Below, piece by piece: positions 1-10,020 of a DNA stretch of 64,000 nucleotides. Numbering within the stretch: the first letter of the stretch is position 1; each line of letters begins with the position of its first letter. The notes beneath the pieces were generated by a model that saw only the letters and a list, made by a program, of their open reading frames with translations, did no database searches and was not told the origin of the DNA. Position numbers and translations under genes: made by a program. Location of the stretch: positions 1-64,000 of the IMG/VR virus record IMGVR_UViG_3300045919_000631; one strand, written 5' to 3'. This stretch comes from a virus.

Positions 1-278
1 GTCCAAAAATCATTATCAATATCTTTAATATCTGGAAAGTATCCACTCTCTGTTTTACGTTGCCAGATTTGCTGCGCTTCAAAAAGTGCCTGGTCATCAG
101 CGTCGCGTTCATTAGCTCTCCCCTCACTGGTAATAATTGCCGTGTATGGTTTAGTGGTAATTTCAGCACCACCAACCTGCCCGTACTTTGTGTAGTATGA
201 TGCACCATCGATAATCATGGTCCATTGCTGGACAGATCCTAGGCTTGTTCTCGAATAAAGAGTCGGAAGTGTTTTCAT
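1..278 (-). CDS. ATP-dependent DNA ligase, N-terminal part (runs off window)
   Basis: Manual translation MKTLPTLYSRTSLGSVQQWT...YGQVGG...GRANERDADDQALFEAQQIWQRKTESGY resembles the N-terminal extension of large-phage DNA ligases; the catalytic core is outside the window. Confidence 0.6.
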   Translation of the reverse strand, partial: MKTLPTLYSRTSLGSVQQWTMIIDGASYYTKYGQVGGAEITTKPYTAIITSEGRANERDADDQALFEAQQIWQRKTESGYFPDIKDIDNDFW

Positions 279-457
279 GGTGATTTATCTTTGATAAGTT
301 GTTCAATGTCAGCTAAAATTTCTTCTCTTGTCTTGCATTTTTCTTCTCCCGTGACATGATCCATGAAAGTGTTTTCATACCAGTCAACAAATTCCTGGGA
401 CATTAAAATATCATACACGATAATACTGTCAGCGAGGGTGATATGGTTGGCGCGCAT
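275..457 (-). CDS. small hypothetical protein
   Basis: ORF track 275..463; second ATG (457) lies 6 nt after the promoter -10 element. Confidence 0.55.
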   Translation of the reverse strand: MRANHITLADSIIVYDILMSQEFVDWYENTFMDHVTGEEKCKTREEILADIEQLIKDKSP

Positions 458-463
458 ACCCAT

Positions 464-479
464 ATGATATCACAGTTCC
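464..479 (-). promoter_or_regulatory. GGAAC-N5-TAnAAT promoter
   Basis: ggaac-tgtga-tatcat; one of >=12 copies. Confidence 0.65.
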
Positions 480-489
480 TTTTGAGAGT

Positions 490-837
490 CTATATTGGAT
501 TGTCGTAGTCACCGCTATCATTTGGAAAACGTAGCTGCAACTTTCTCAACCAATCTCTTAAACCATCTTCAGCGTATCCAGCCTCAATAAAATTAGACTC
601 AAGTTCATCAGGATTATAAACACCCACAAGCTTTTTACCAAGTTTATCCCAAGCTGCTTGAACTTTTGGATCAGCAAACACTTCTTCGAGGTTATCCAAA
701 GCATCAGTAGCTGCTTTATATGTAGTCACTAACTTTTGCATGCTTTGGATATATTCAATATCTTTATCAACATGCTCAACACCTTTCATAAAAGCATCAT
801 CGTTTTCCATAAGTTTTACAACGTCATCAAACTTCAT
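490..837 (-). CDS. hypothetical protein, possible internal head protein
   Basis: 115 aa; N-terminus MKFDDVVKLMENDDAFMKGVEHVD shared with paralogous N-termini. Confidence 0.6.
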   Translation of the reverse strand: MKFDDVVKLMENDDAFMKGVEHVDKDIEYIQSMQKLVTTYKAATDALDNLEEVFADPKVQAAWDKLGKKLVGVYNPDELESNFIEAGYAEDGLRDWLRKLQLRFPNDSGDYDNPI

Positions 838-856
838 AATAGTATTAATTTAAATA

Positions 857-1453
857 TTAGCCTTTTTCAGGTTTACGTTGAAGCACTCCGTTTTTATACC
901 ACGCTTTAGAGCCATTAGCCCATTCTATAGCAGGTCCATCGTCGCGATGAAACACTCCGTTTTTATACCACTCTTTACGGCCATCAGCCCATTCTATAGC
1001 AGGTCCATCGTCGCGATGACATTTTCCGTTTTTATACCACTCTTTAGAGCCACTAGCTCGTTCTATAGCAGGTCCATCGTCGCGATGACGTTTTCCGTTT
1101 TTATACCACACTTTAGTGCCATCAGCATATTCCACTGCAGGTCCATCGTCGCGATGCCATTTTCCGTTTTTATACCACACTTTAGTGCCATCAGCATATT
1201 CCACTGCAGGTCCATCGTCGCGATGACGTTTTCCATCTTTCCACCACTCTTTGGTGCCATCAGCAAACATGATGCAATCTTTTTCTAAACTTTTTGGTTT
1301 ATTTTTAAGACTTTTAGCGACCCAACCTTCTCCACACTTCTCATACTTAGTTGGATCAACTCCGATTTTATAGAAAAACGCTTCTTTATCAACGTCATCT
1401 AAGCCATTCATGAAGTCGTTTTCGAGAAGAGTATATAGCTCGTTGAAGGTCAT
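857..1453 (-). CDS. HRDDGPA-repeat (MORN-like) protein
   Basis: Five 23-aa repeats WYKNGKxHRDDGPAxExAxGxK; TAAATA upstream. Confidence 0.8.
   Translation of the reverse strand: MTFNELYTLLENDFMNGLDDVDKEAFFYKIGVDPTKYEKCGEGWVAKSLKNKPKSLEKDCIMFADGTKEWWKDGKRHRDDGPAVEYADGTKVWYKNGKWHRDDGPAVEYADGTKVWYKNGKRHRDDGPAIERASGSKEWYKNGKCHRDDGPAIEWADGRKEWYKNGVFHRDDGPAIEWANGSKAWYKNGVLQRKPEKG
886..1265. repeat. 69-bp coding tandem repeat, ~5.5 copies
   Basis: caggtccatcgtcgcgatg at 931, 1000, 1069, 1138, 1207. Confidence 0.9.
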
Positions 1454-1466
1454 TAGTAATATTTAC

Positions 1467-1504
1467 AAAAAAAGCCCGGAGCTGCGACTTTCAGCTCCGG
1501 GCTT
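1467..1504 (-). terminator. intrinsic terminator
   Basis: aagcccggagctg/cagctccgggctt stem with U-run on minus strand. Confidence 0.85.
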
Positions 1505-1526
1505 ATATCCTTATATCCAGACTCTA

Positions 1527-2922
1527 TTACTTACCTTGAAACTTGCTATCAAGCAAGCCCAAGTTCTTAAGCAGACTGATGTTAATCAGGTCTGCATTTG
1601 CACTACCTCCACCAGCGGTATTACCCGCACTAGCACTAGCTCCAGAGCCAATGACAACATGTGGCACTGAAATCTTACTAAGTTCTGCAGCTACTCCGAT
1701 ATCGCGTTTTACAGCTAGTTCAGCGATAACTCGGTCATGCTCAGACATTGCCCCCGCCAAAGCCAAGCTCTTTTGCTGAGCTTCTGCCATAGTGATCTGA
1801 GCTTTTGCATTTTCTTCCGCAGCTTGCCTATTGAGGCGAGCTACCTCCAGTTGCTGCGCGGCTTTGAGCTCAGCAACTGCCTTTTCCTGTGCTGCTGCAG
1901 TTTCTGCAGCAATTTTAGTCTGAGTTGCGACTGCAACTAGTTTTGCAGCTTCAGTCTCAGCTACGACCTTTTCTTGGTTAGCTTTAGTCGTAGCTACAGT
2001 TGCATCCTGAGTTGCTTTGATAGTCGCAGTTGCTGCGATTTTATTAGCTTCGGCCTCGATTTCAGCCTTTTCGCGATAACCCTTTTCAACTACCATCAAG
2101 CGTTGCTGCACTTCCTTTTCTCGCTGAGCCTTTGAGTTCTCGGTTGCCAGGAATGCATCTTTCTTGACGGCAAACTGTTTCTGAGTCATCTCATCATACT
2201 TCGTGCCAGTTACAGAAAACTGCTTAACTTGAATACCCAGTTCTGTAAGCGGTGAAGGCTCGGAGATTTTCGGCTTCCCAGATTTTTCATCTAGAATGAC
2301 CTCTGTAGCAAAGACAGTAATCGGCTGACCCTTTGCATCAAACTGGTCCTTGAGAACTCGTTCCACGCGTCGCATCTCAAAGAGACCGCTCATGAGTTGT
2401 TCTTGCACAACTTGAGTATATTCAGCTTTTCGCGATGTCTGGTTCTCTGACGAGGTCATCAGCGGCGCCGAGGACTTTAGACAGTTCACTAGATATGCTT
2501 TTACAGCTGCTCGAACATTTCGATGAGTCCCGTCAGCATCAGGTAGCTGTTGGTGGAACAAGAGTCTTTGCTTATCTGTGATGGGAGTTTCAATGCGTGT
2601 CACCGTAGACATCTTCGCAGTGCCACCATCATTGAACGTGACTTCCACAGAGTCGTCGCCAGGAGATTCCTTAGACGGTTCGGTGTAGTCAAGGGTGATA
2701 TACTTTGGATAGGTCCAGACCGTTCCCCAACCCTTCCAATAGTATCCACCGGAATCGATTGTGCGGATTTCTCCGTTAATCGATTGAACGATTTGCCAGT
2801 TATGGTTATCGTTATGACCAACCGTGCCGTTAAAGGCAAGGCCAGCAATAACAATAACAACAACAGCAAGAATCAACTTAACGAGCGAGGCAATAGGAGC
2901 CCCTTCGGAGTTATTAGCCATA
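1527..2922 (-). CDS. SPFH/band-7 (flotillin-like) membrane protein
   Basis: N-terminal TM helix, SPFH-like core, long Ala/Glu-rich coiled coil; start probably MANNSEG rather than 2969. Confidence 0.8.
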
Positions 2923-2958
2923 TGTTTTGTTTTTATTTGTTTATGTTTACTGACAAAA

Positions 2959-3210
2959 TTAGAATTCAACCGGCTCTTTAACTATGACCCGGATATCTTT
3001 TCTCTTCAACCGATTAATAATTTCATTTGCATCCATTTGTGCGGCTTTAAATGCGGGATCTCTCGATGAGAAAGCAAATTGCCGACAATCATACATGTTT
3101 AAATTACCGATTCTATGTTTTATAAAAAGAAACCTAATTCGATGAACTTGCCACCATTTTTCTCCGAGACCATTTTCAAAATACGTAAGGGTGTATTTAA
3201 GTTTTTTCAT
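2959..3210 (-). CDS. hypothetical protein
   Basis: 83-aa ORF coupled to neighbours. Confidence 0.55.
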   Translation of the reverse strand: MKKLKYTLTYFENGLGEKWWQVHRIRFLFIKHRIGNLNMYDCRQFAFSSRDPAFKAAQMDANEIINRLKRKDIRVIVKEPVEF

Positions 3211-3452
3211 GGTTTGATATCTTTAACAGCTTCAACCTCTTTCTGAAGAGCCTTTTTCTTTGACTTCACTGCTTTAACCACTGCTTTTTTATTAGTGGCT
3301 AAACGTTCAGCTTCTTCTTGGAGAAAGTCTGTTTGTCTATCATCATTGAGCAATTTGCTCTTAATCCAGTGATCAAGCCAAGCAGATCGGAAGATCCAGT
3401 AGCAAAGAGCTAGAAGACTGATTATTGCAAGAAATCGTTCGAAGAGAATCAT
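3207..3452 (-). CDS. small membrane-anchored coiled-coil protein
   Basis: N-terminal hydrophobic helix, Lys-rich tail, upstream of SPFH gene. Confidence 0.6.
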   Translation of the reverse strand: MILFERFLAIISLLALCYWIFRSAWLDHWIKSKLLNDDRQTDFLQEEAERLATNKKAVVKAVKSKKKALQKEVEAVKDIKP

Positions 3453-3460
3453 ACCTTATT

Positions 3461-4015
3461 TTATGACATTTCCTGTATAACTTTTTTCATTGCTGATTTA
3501 ATCTCTCGGAGATCTTTAGCAAGGTCTTTCTTTGTGTATGTGTCAAAACCTTTTTGCATTGCTGATGCAGCAATATCAAGTCCAACGTCTTCGAAGCGTT
3601 TAAGCTTCTCGAGCCAATAATCGTTTTGAAAAGCTCGCAGATCAGCCCGGATTTGATCTGGAGTCAAGGCCTCTCCGTCTCTGTTCAGAAAATATTCTGC
3701 GTCGCGACCAAGACCAAGCTCAAGCTCGGCATCGATATAATATGCACGCATACGCGGCGACAAATCAACGAAATCTTCATCAATGAGAGTTGAAAGATTA
3801 TAGCCTGATTTCTTTTTAGGATAATCATGCACAGTACCTTTGATGAAGCGAAATTGGCCATCTTCATTTACGCCAGTTTCAAGGTGACCCCAAAACTTCC
3901 AATGCTCATGCGGGGTACTATTTTCCCAGGCTCCATCAGAGAGTTGCCCAGAAATTTCGTGCTCCCAAATTGCGTGCAAGCCTTTACTAGGAAATAACCA
4001 CGTATGTTTGTTCAT
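3461..4015 (-). CDS. hypothetical protein
   Basis: 184-aa ORF behind GGAAA-N5-TAAAAT promoter variant (4024-4039). Confidence 0.7.
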   Translation of the reverse strand: MNKHTWLFPSKGLHAIWEHEISGQLSDGAWENSTPHEHWKFWGHLETGVNEDGQFRFIKGTVHDYPKKKSGYNLSTLIDEDFVDLSPRMRAYYIDAELELGLGRDAEYFLNRDGEALTPDQIRADLRAFQNDYWLEKLKRFEDVGLDIAASAMQKGFDTYTKKDLAKDLREIKSAMKKVIQEMS

Positions 4016-4043
4016 TCGTGGTTATTTTACTGATTTTCCCTAT

Positions 4044-4670
4044 TTACCAACCTTCTTCAATCACTGGCATATACACATTAGCATTATATCGGATTTCGTT
4101 TTGTGCTTCGAGTTTACTTTCTCGAGTAGCTCGAATAAAAAATCGAAAGCCTTTATGCGTAGTTGGCATTCCTCTATGAAAAGTGAGCCAATCAAAGAAT
4201 ATAGGTTTCGCTTCAGGCGCAATCATGCGATGAAAAACTTTTTCTTCGCATAATTTTTCCACTTCAGTGTCCCATTTCTTATAGATTTTCTCACCAACTG
4301 GAGGTATCTCCATCTCTGCTTCGCCTATTGCAAATTGCGTCAAAGAGCAATTACCCCACAGACACATGCAGTGCTGTGACCTATACTCTGGTGTCTCATA
4401 ATTTGGCTGTTTATCCTCGCGTGTGCGAGGCACGTCATCGTGATGCCAACCAGGAATACAAGGCCACATTCCAGGCATAAGCATATGAACACGCGAATCA
4501 ACAAGAATATCGTTCCAAGGAAGATAGTCTAGAAATCGTTTTGTGAGAACGCCACCGTTGGCTAAAGCAAATTCTCGAGTGGCACGATGGAGCATTGGCT
4601 CCGTTTTGATAGTGTGTTCATCAGCTTTTTCTAGCTGAGGCCCAAACGCTAAATAGCTTGTAATATTCAT
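4044..4670 (-). CDS. putative 2OG-Fe(II) dioxygenase-like protein
   Basis: PGWHHDDVPR (HxD) and distal FHRG, RFFIRA motifs. Confidence 0.6.
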   Translation of the reverse strand: MNITSYLAFGPQLEKADEHTIKTEPMLHRATREFALANGGVLTKRFLDYLPWNDILVDSRVHMLMPGMWPCIPGWHHDDVPRTREDKQPNYETPEYRSQHCMCLWGNCSLTQFAIGEAEMEIPPVGEKIYKKWDTEVEKLCEEKVFHRMIAPEAKPIFFDWLTFHRGMPTTHKGFRFFIRATRESKLEAQNEIRYNANVYMPVIEEGW

Positions 4671-4673
4671 TAT

Positions 4674-4702
4674 AAAAAAGCCGGTGGTATTAGCACCGGC
4701 TT
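4674..4702 (-). terminator. intrinsic terminator after NAD operon
   Basis: aagccggtg/caccggctt stem with U-run. Confidence 0.8.
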
Positions 4703-4712
4703 GGTTGATTTA

Positions 4713-6230
4713 TTAAGCTAACGCTTTTTCTACATTTGCCTGGACTCGAGCTCGAATTTCTGCGAGACTCTGATCAACAAGCAGCTTACCATCTCTGAAT
4801 ACTTCCTTGAGCTGATTAAACTCGCTATTAACGAGCTCTCTCGGCTGGCGATCAAGTGCGATATAATCACCGTTACCATCTTTAACAACGAGAATAAATC
4901 CTCGTGCCGATTTCTTTAAGCCCGAATCTGTCTTCGGATCTTTGAAGATTTCTCTGGTTTCTCCATTGACAATACCAGCTGTTGCCTTCATGGCAAAGCC
5001 GAGTGTGTCGCGTGTTGTATAGGTGTAAGTGTAAGAACCAACACCGAGAACAACATTTGTCGAGGCGAAGCCTTTATCTTTCAGGCCAGACATGATTTGT
5101 TCACACCGCTCAAGCGTGATACTATCACCGTAAATGAGACCGATATGACTATCAAGGACTCTAAATCCTTTATCGGTTACGGTCCCGCCAAAGATATCCC
5201 AGAGACACTGAATAGCGCCTTTGAACTCAGGACTATCACGACGAGCTTGAGGATCGCCAACAATAATCTTTACAGGGTCACCAGAATCTGGACGAATGAC
5301 AACTCTATCGATTGGGAATCCTCCCTTTCGTGCAAGGATATCTTCTTTGAGCTTTGGCAAGAACTTTGTGATAACCTGCCAGAAATCAAAAGAATCCGAT
5401 ACGATAGAAACGATACCCTTTGGATATACTTCTGTGATGAGTCTCTTGAAGGTATCAAACTCACCGTCTTTAGTGCCCATGCACATAACGCTGTGTTCAG
5501 TAGCTGGAACCGATGTTCCAATAAGCTCTTTGTCAGCATTGGCATTGTAATACTCTTCAGCGAAGTCGATTGCAGGCACTGTATCAGTACCGACAAACGA
5601 AGTCAAGTGACCGAGGCCACTCGAAGCACCATCAAAGGCACCGTTCATTCCGCGGAAGCTAAAATCGTGCGCTTGGAAAGGCACGAAGTTTACATCACCA
5701 CCGGTTTCTTTTGCATAGCGTGTGAGCAGCTGCTTATACTTATATGCAGTTGTCGCACTTGTGCAAGTCTTCCAGATGGAGTTACTGATATTGGTTTCCA
5801 AATAGTTTGTCAACCAAAAGAACTCAGGCTTTGTGTTCTCAATTGTAAAGAGAGGAACACGTGCATTTACTGCAGAGCCCTCAGGGAGAGCTCGAACCGA
5901 TAGCGGCAAATACCCCAGATCGTGTAGCGCTTCGATGTGGTCAACTGGAACTGCTCCCACACCTAAAGATGTATCCATTCGTCGTTTATAAGCACCAACG
6001 ACTTGCGCCTTTGGTAGCTTGAAAAAGCCTTCGTCAAAATTCTTGACAAGGTCTTTGATGTATGCCTGAAGACCAACGGAGACGATTTTTTCGTCAACAC
6101 CCGTAGCTTTCGCAGCGTGCTTTACAGAACGCGGCGTGAAGTTCGAGTAAACAAGCTCAGTCCCTTGTGGATACTGTCGCCTGTGATCGGTCTTATAGAA
6201 GTCCAACTGTGTTAGTGGATTTATTTTCAT
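4713..6230 (-). CDS. nadV: nicotinamide phosphoribosyltransferase family (NAMPT; likely NARP1 Namat)
   Basis: DFYKTDH, HDFSFRG, GTDT, VPATEHSVM, SIVSDS, VIRPDSGDP, GLIYGDSIT, TRDTLGFAMKAT, KDPKTDSGLKKSARG. Confidence 0.95.
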   Translation of the reverse strand: MKINPLTQLDFYKTDHRRQYPQGTELVYSNFTPRSVKHAAKATGVDEKIVSVGLQAYIKDLVKNFDEGFFKLPKAQVVGAYKRRMDTSLGVGAVPVDHIEALHDLGYLPLSVRALPEGSAVNARVPLFTIENTKPEFFWLTNYLETNISNSIWKTCTSATTAYKYKQLLTRYAKETGGDVNFVPFQAHDFSFRGMNGAFDGASSGLGHLTSFVGTDTVPAIDFAEEYYNANADKELIGTSVPATEHSVMCMGTKDGEFDTFKRLITEVYPKGIVSIVSDSFDFWQVITKFLPKLKEDILARKGGFPIDRVVIRPDSGDPVKIIVGDPQARRDSPEFKGAIQCLWDIFGGTVTDKGFRVLDSHIGLIYGDSITLERCEQIMSGLKDKGFASTNVVLGVGSYTYTYTTRDTLGFAMKATAGIVNGETREIFKDPKTDSGLKKSARGFILVVKDGNGDYIALDRQPRELVNSEFNQLKEVFRDGKLLVDQSLAEIRARVQANVEKALA

Positions 6231-6694
6231 GTTATTAGTTTTCTTACTTGTATCAGAGCCTGCCCCAGAAGGTTTTGTCCTTTCCAGTTAGCGGGATCTA
6301 AGATTTTGTCGTCATTTGCTCCGAGGCCGACGCCCCAGATATTATCAACTGGCGATGCTTCAACTAGGATTCTATCTCCAGTATCTCGTAGATTTTGCCC
6401 GAGCTCACTGTTTTGCTGAAACTTGAGTAGATTGACATATGTCATCAACCCAAATTTGACGCATTCCCAAGCCTTTGCGTCGAATCCTTTGACTAGCCTA
6501 CCGAGCTTTTTTGCTTCAGCAGGGTTTGTCTCCTTAAAAATTTTGTCTTTGATTTCTTCATCACCGAAGAAGTCAGCTTTATACCACATGAACGCTTGTT
6601 CGCTATTAGCGAAAACTCCCGTAGGGGCTGGATACCAATTACTGTAGATATCGGCTGTGCCCCAGAAATAAATTGCTTTGTCTGTAATTCTCAT
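6227..6694 (-). CDS. NADAR (YbiA-like) family protein
   Basis: SNWY, SEQAFMWYKA, AKKLGR, KFQQN, LVEASPVDNIWGVG, GQNLLG. Confidence 0.92.
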   Translation of the reverse strand: MRITDKAIYFWGTADIYSNWYPAPTGVFANSEQAFMWYKADFFGDEEIKDKIFKETNPAEAKKLGRLVKGFDAKAWECVKFGLMTYVNLLKFQQNSELGQNLRDTGDRILVEASPVDNIWGVGLGANDDKILDPANWKGQNLLGQALIQVRKLIT

Positions 6695-6697
6695 AAA

Positions 6698-7165
6698 TTA
6701 TTTTACTTCGCTAATCAAACGTTCTATCCATTTATTATAATCATCGTATAGTGGAATTCTATACTTTTCAGCGATAATCTCAACATTTCCTTTTCGCCAG
6801 AACCCTTCGGGGCAGCAGATTATAAGTTTGTCTGATTTTGCGTTTAATCCAAGTTCAAGTAAGCTAATTGGTGACTTTGTATTTGGAGCCAGATACATTG
6901 CGATAATATCGGCATCGGATAACCCTCGAAGCTCCCATGTTACTTGCTCTTTAAATACTGGATTTGTGATGCTTTGTACATAATCTACATCAAACTTTTT
7001 ACGCCGCGGATTTAAGATTGTGCAGTTATAAGGACTGAGCCAATTTGTTACCTCTGTCTGCCAATCCACTGCCTTATCCATATCAATGGATCCGGCTAGA
7101 AAGATTACAGGATTTTTTACTGGGATATCATACGGTTCTGGTGCAATGAAAACTTTAGCGCTCAT
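6698..7165 (-). CDS. nucleoside 2-deoxyribosyltransferase-like protein
   Basis: IFLAGSI..WQ, ILNPRR, QVTWEL, SPISLLELG, GFWRKGNV. Confidence 0.88.
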   Translation of the reverse strand: MSAKVFIAPEPYDIPVKNPVIFLAGSIDMDKAVDWQTEVTNWLSPYNCTILNPRRKKFDVDYVQSITNPVFKEQVTWELRGLSDADIIAMYLAPNTKSPISLLELGLNAKSDKLIICCPEGFWRKGNVEIIAEKYRIPLYDDYNKWIERLISEVK

Positions 7166-8040
7166 GTATAAAAGATTTCCTCAAGTTTAGTAACTGTTAC
7201 TCGCGGTTCCATAACCCATTGAGTTTCTCCGCCCCAGCTATCCGTTGTGAAGATTTGGTCAATTCCTCCATCAATAAGGACTCTTGTACCTTTCGAGAAG
7301 ATACCGTGCGTCACATACAGGGCAATGGTTCCTGCATTTTTAGCACGGAGAGCTTTTGCAAGCTCAATAAATGTACGACCACCATCACAAATGTCATCGC
7401 AAATGATAACAGAAGCACCTTTTAAATCGTCTGCATAGACGATAGTCTCCTTAATTTGACCGGTCGCAAGATCACGAAGCTTATCGCAGCGAATAAAGCT
7501 ACTATGATCGTAAAGTTTCGCAAGAGCTGCAGTCTTTTTATTTGCGCCAGCATCTGGGCTCACAAAGATGGGCTTTGCAGTAATAATATACTTGTTAAGC
7601 TCAGCAAACTCTCCAATAATTTCTTGCTGGCTAAGAACAAGACTATTATTGATAAGTGCTGGAGTTACATCAGAATGCGGATCAACAATAGCGACGGAAT
7701 GAAAGTTTAAGCTATTGATATAATTTGCAAAAACTCTCAAACTAAAAGGTTCACCTTTATCACATACTCTATCTTGTCGGCCATATGGTACATATGGCAT
7801 AAAAAGTTTAATATTAGTTCTTGGCTGAACCAGTTCTTTTACTGCATCTTGAATCAAAGCAAGTTCAAATAGGTCAACAGCATCATGAATACGAGCAGTA
7901 ATCATCACTGGATTAGTAGTGTGATTAAATGCATAGTTTTCACTATCAAGTTTCACTCCAATCTCACCACCAGGAAAGAGGAAGCGATTGTTTTGCTTTA
8001 CCCATTCACCTTCAAAGCCAGGAACTTTAATTTTGAACAT
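7162..8040 (-). CDS. prs: ribose-phosphate pyrophosphokinase family (likely NARP1 Adps)
   Basis: FPGGE, PYVPYGRQDR, DPHS, SPDAGA, DDICDGGRTF, VTHGIFSKG. Confidence 0.92.
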   Translation of the reverse strand: MFKIKVPGFEGEWVKQNNRFLFPGGEIGVKLDSENYAFNHTTNPVMITARIHDAVDLFELALIQDAVKELVQPRTNIKLFMPYVPYGRQDRVCDKGEPFSLRVFANYINSLNFHSVAIVDPHSDVTPALINNSLVLSQQEIIGEFAELNKYIITAKPIFVSPDAGANKKTAALAKLYDHSSFIRCDKLRDLATGQIKETIVYADDLKGASVIICDDICDGGRTFIELAKALRAKNAGTIALYVTHGIFSKGTRVLIDGGIDQIFTTDSWGGETQWVMEPRVTVTKLEEIFYT

Positions 8041-8045
8041 ATTAT

Positions 8046-8061
8046 ATTGTATTGAATTTCC
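8046..8061 (-). promoter_or_regulatory. GGAAA-N5-TACAAT promoter variant heading NAD operon
   Basis: ggaaa-ttcaa-tacaat, ATG 5 nt downstream. Confidence 0.55.
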
Positions 8062-8264
8062 TATTGAACGTTGTGTTCATCATTTCTAAGAAAGTTTTCC
8101 ATTGCACTTAATGGTTTAGGTGCGTCATAATCAGGTTCTTCATCCTCGTCTTCAGCTTCGCAATGCTCACCGCATTCACTGCACATATCACCGTGCATTA
8201 CGCGAGCACCGCAGCAATTAGATACACAGCCACCAGAAAAGTAATCAAAATAATCGTCACTCAT
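8061..8264 (-). CDS. small Cys-rich (Zn-ribbon-like) protein
   Basis: SNCCGA...CSECGEHC. Confidence 0.65.
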   Translation of the reverse strand: MSDDYFDYFSGGCVSNCCGARVMHGDMCSECGEHCEAEDEDEEPDYDAPKPLSAMENFLRNDEHNVQ

Positions 8265-8953
8265 GGGTTTTCTCGTTTATGGTCTCTAACATCAAGGTCT
8301 CTGTGGCTCAAAAGTTCAATTACATAAGAAGCAGCAACTGGGCCACCGAAAGATTCGATACCAACATCAAGACGCTTACCAAGACCAGTATCAGGACGAG
8401 TCAATGGGAGATCTCCGTGTGAGTGGCCACAAATATGGATTGAATTATGTCCCATACGCTCATGCGATATGATTGGAAAGTGACAAAGCACGAAAAGCTG
8501 CTTATTGACTTGAACAGTTGCGTACTGATGCAAAAATACGACACGACGATTTGGATTATTGTCTAACTCAAAATCGAGAGGATACACCTCATACTTTAGA
8601 GTACCGTCGTAATCAATAGCTGTTGGGTAATTTCTAAAGAGTGTGTTCTTGTATGCTTGGCCTTGACCACTATTATGATTTCCCCAAAGCAAATAAAGCG
8701 TTTTAAACTTTAAGCGACGAACAAGAGCCCAGAAATCAGCAGCTTCAGCCTTGATAATAAAATCACCAACGTGAAAGACAATACCGTCATCTGGTACGCG
8801 AGTATTCCAAGTTTGAACTAAAGCCTCGTTACAGTCTTTAGCGTTGGAAAACCCTCGAGGTTTCCAGATAAAGTCTTTATCATGACCATAGTGAAGGTCG
8901 CTAACAAAGAAGACTTTTTCGTCAGGATGCTGGATTTTTAGTGGCTTGAACAT
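8261..8953 (-). CDS. calcineurin-like metallophosphoesterase
   Basis: SDLHYGH, GDF, GNHN, CHFP, GHSH motifs. Confidence 0.9.
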   Translation of the reverse strand: MFKPLKIQHPDEKVFFVSDLHYGHDKDFIWKPRGFSNAKDCNEALVQTWNTRVPDDGIVFHVGDFIIKAEAADFWALVRRLKFKTLYLLWGNHNSGQGQAYKNTLFRNYPTAIDYDGTLKYEVYPLDFELDNNPNRRVVFLHQYATVQVNKQLFVLCHFPIISHERMGHNSIHICGHSHGDLPLTRPDTGLGKRLDVGIESFGGPVAASYVIELLSHRDLDVRDHKRENP

Positions 8954-9061
8954 TTATTATTTCTCCATCTTTTGTAAGAGGAAATGCTAAATGATAATAT
9001 AAACCGAGCCCATCTTTATAGACCCAGCATATATTATCATAGCATTTTACAAAGTAAAGGG

Positions 9062-9613
9062 TCATCCCAAATAAGCTTTAATTACTTCTTCAGCGAAAGC
9101 TTTCCAATCATTGCGATCACTTTCGCGAAGCCATTCCCATCCTATTGGATGCCCCATCGCTTCATATGCAATTTGCGCTACGTGAATATCGTCTTCTTTA
9201 TCAAAGCCAAGCCATCTGATATGAGGGTGATGCGTTACGTTGAGTTTATAATTAGGAGTTGGATCAGAATCTGATACTTCAACCCACGGGCCTTGATTAA
9301 AATACCAACAGAAGTCAGTTGGCAATACTGCCTCTCCGATTTCTAGTTGTCTAAAGCCTTCTGGCATTGATACTCCTAGCTCAGGAGCTGGTTTCTTTGT
9401 TACCTGCTTTTTAACTTTCTTACGAATAAACTTTGTGAGTCCAAGATCTTTATGGAAAGGTGTGCCGATGAGGTGGTCAATTATGAAGGCACCACTCGGA
9501 ACCCATTTTTGGGTCCAGATATTTAACATTAAATCGTTTTCACGAATAGGTTCACCTGTTCTAAGGATGCGCCAGCCGTCAGGAATTGGTGGTAATTTTT
9601 GCTTTGAGTTCAT
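9062..9613 (-). CDS. hypothetical protein with duplicated P(D/E)G(W/F)RxLxxGE module
   Basis: PDGWRILRTGEPI and PEGFRQLEIGEAV. Confidence 0.65.
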   Translation of the reverse strand: MNSKQKLPPIPDGWRILRTGEPIRENDLMLNIWTQKWVPSGAFIIDHLIGTPFHKDLGLTKFIRKKVKKQVTKKPAPELGVSMPEGFRQLEIGEAVLPTDFCWYFNQGPWVEVSDSDPTPNYKLNVTHHPHIRWLGFDKEDDIHVAQIAYEAMGHPIGWEWLRESDRNDWKAFAEEVIKAYLG

Positions 9614-9800
9614 TTTTTGCTTCGAGTTTAATTATTTTCTCTTTGAATAGCTCTGCTTGTAATGCGAAAAGTGCTGCTTTTACACGAACGATATCATCAG
9701 TATCGAAGACAGTTTCGAGCAGCAGTTTTTTATTGTAATAAATTTTTAAAGTCTTGTGGTTAGTGTCCCAGTATACAGTTTCAAATGTAATGTCGTGCAT
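9579..9800 (-). CDS. hypothetical protein
   Basis: 73-aa ORF in operon. Confidence 0.55.
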   Translation of the reverse strand: MHDITFETVYWDTNHKTLKIYYNKKLLLETVFDTDDIVRVKAALFALQAELFKEKIIKLEAKNELKAKITTNS

Positions 9801-10012
9801 TAGCTAATAAGTGCAGAGATTTTCGTATGCACAGCATGTGCGGCTTCGTGCTCTTTATTTAGCTCATCGTTCTTTGCGCCAAGATAGATAATAACTACAT
9901 CATTATCTGCAATTTGCTGCTTATTACGCACCTTGAGGTCTTCAAGATCTTGAATTGTTTTCGTGAACGACGAGAGGATGTCGGTAAGTTTTTTCTTTTT
10001 AAAGAGTGGCAT
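9800..10012 (-). CDS. hypothetical coiled-coil protein
   Basis: 70-aa ORF behind GGAAC promoter. Confidence 0.6.
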   Translation of the reverse strand: MPLFKKKKLTDILSSFTKTIQDLEDLKVRNKQQIADNDVVIIYLGAKNDELNKEHEAAHAVHTKISALIS

Positions 10013-10020
10013 AGATTTAT

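Noticed and set aside
886-1265. Regularly spaced repeats suggesting CRISPR
   Set aside because: The 69-bp period is in frame within a repeat protein and the 'spacers' are homologous to each other.
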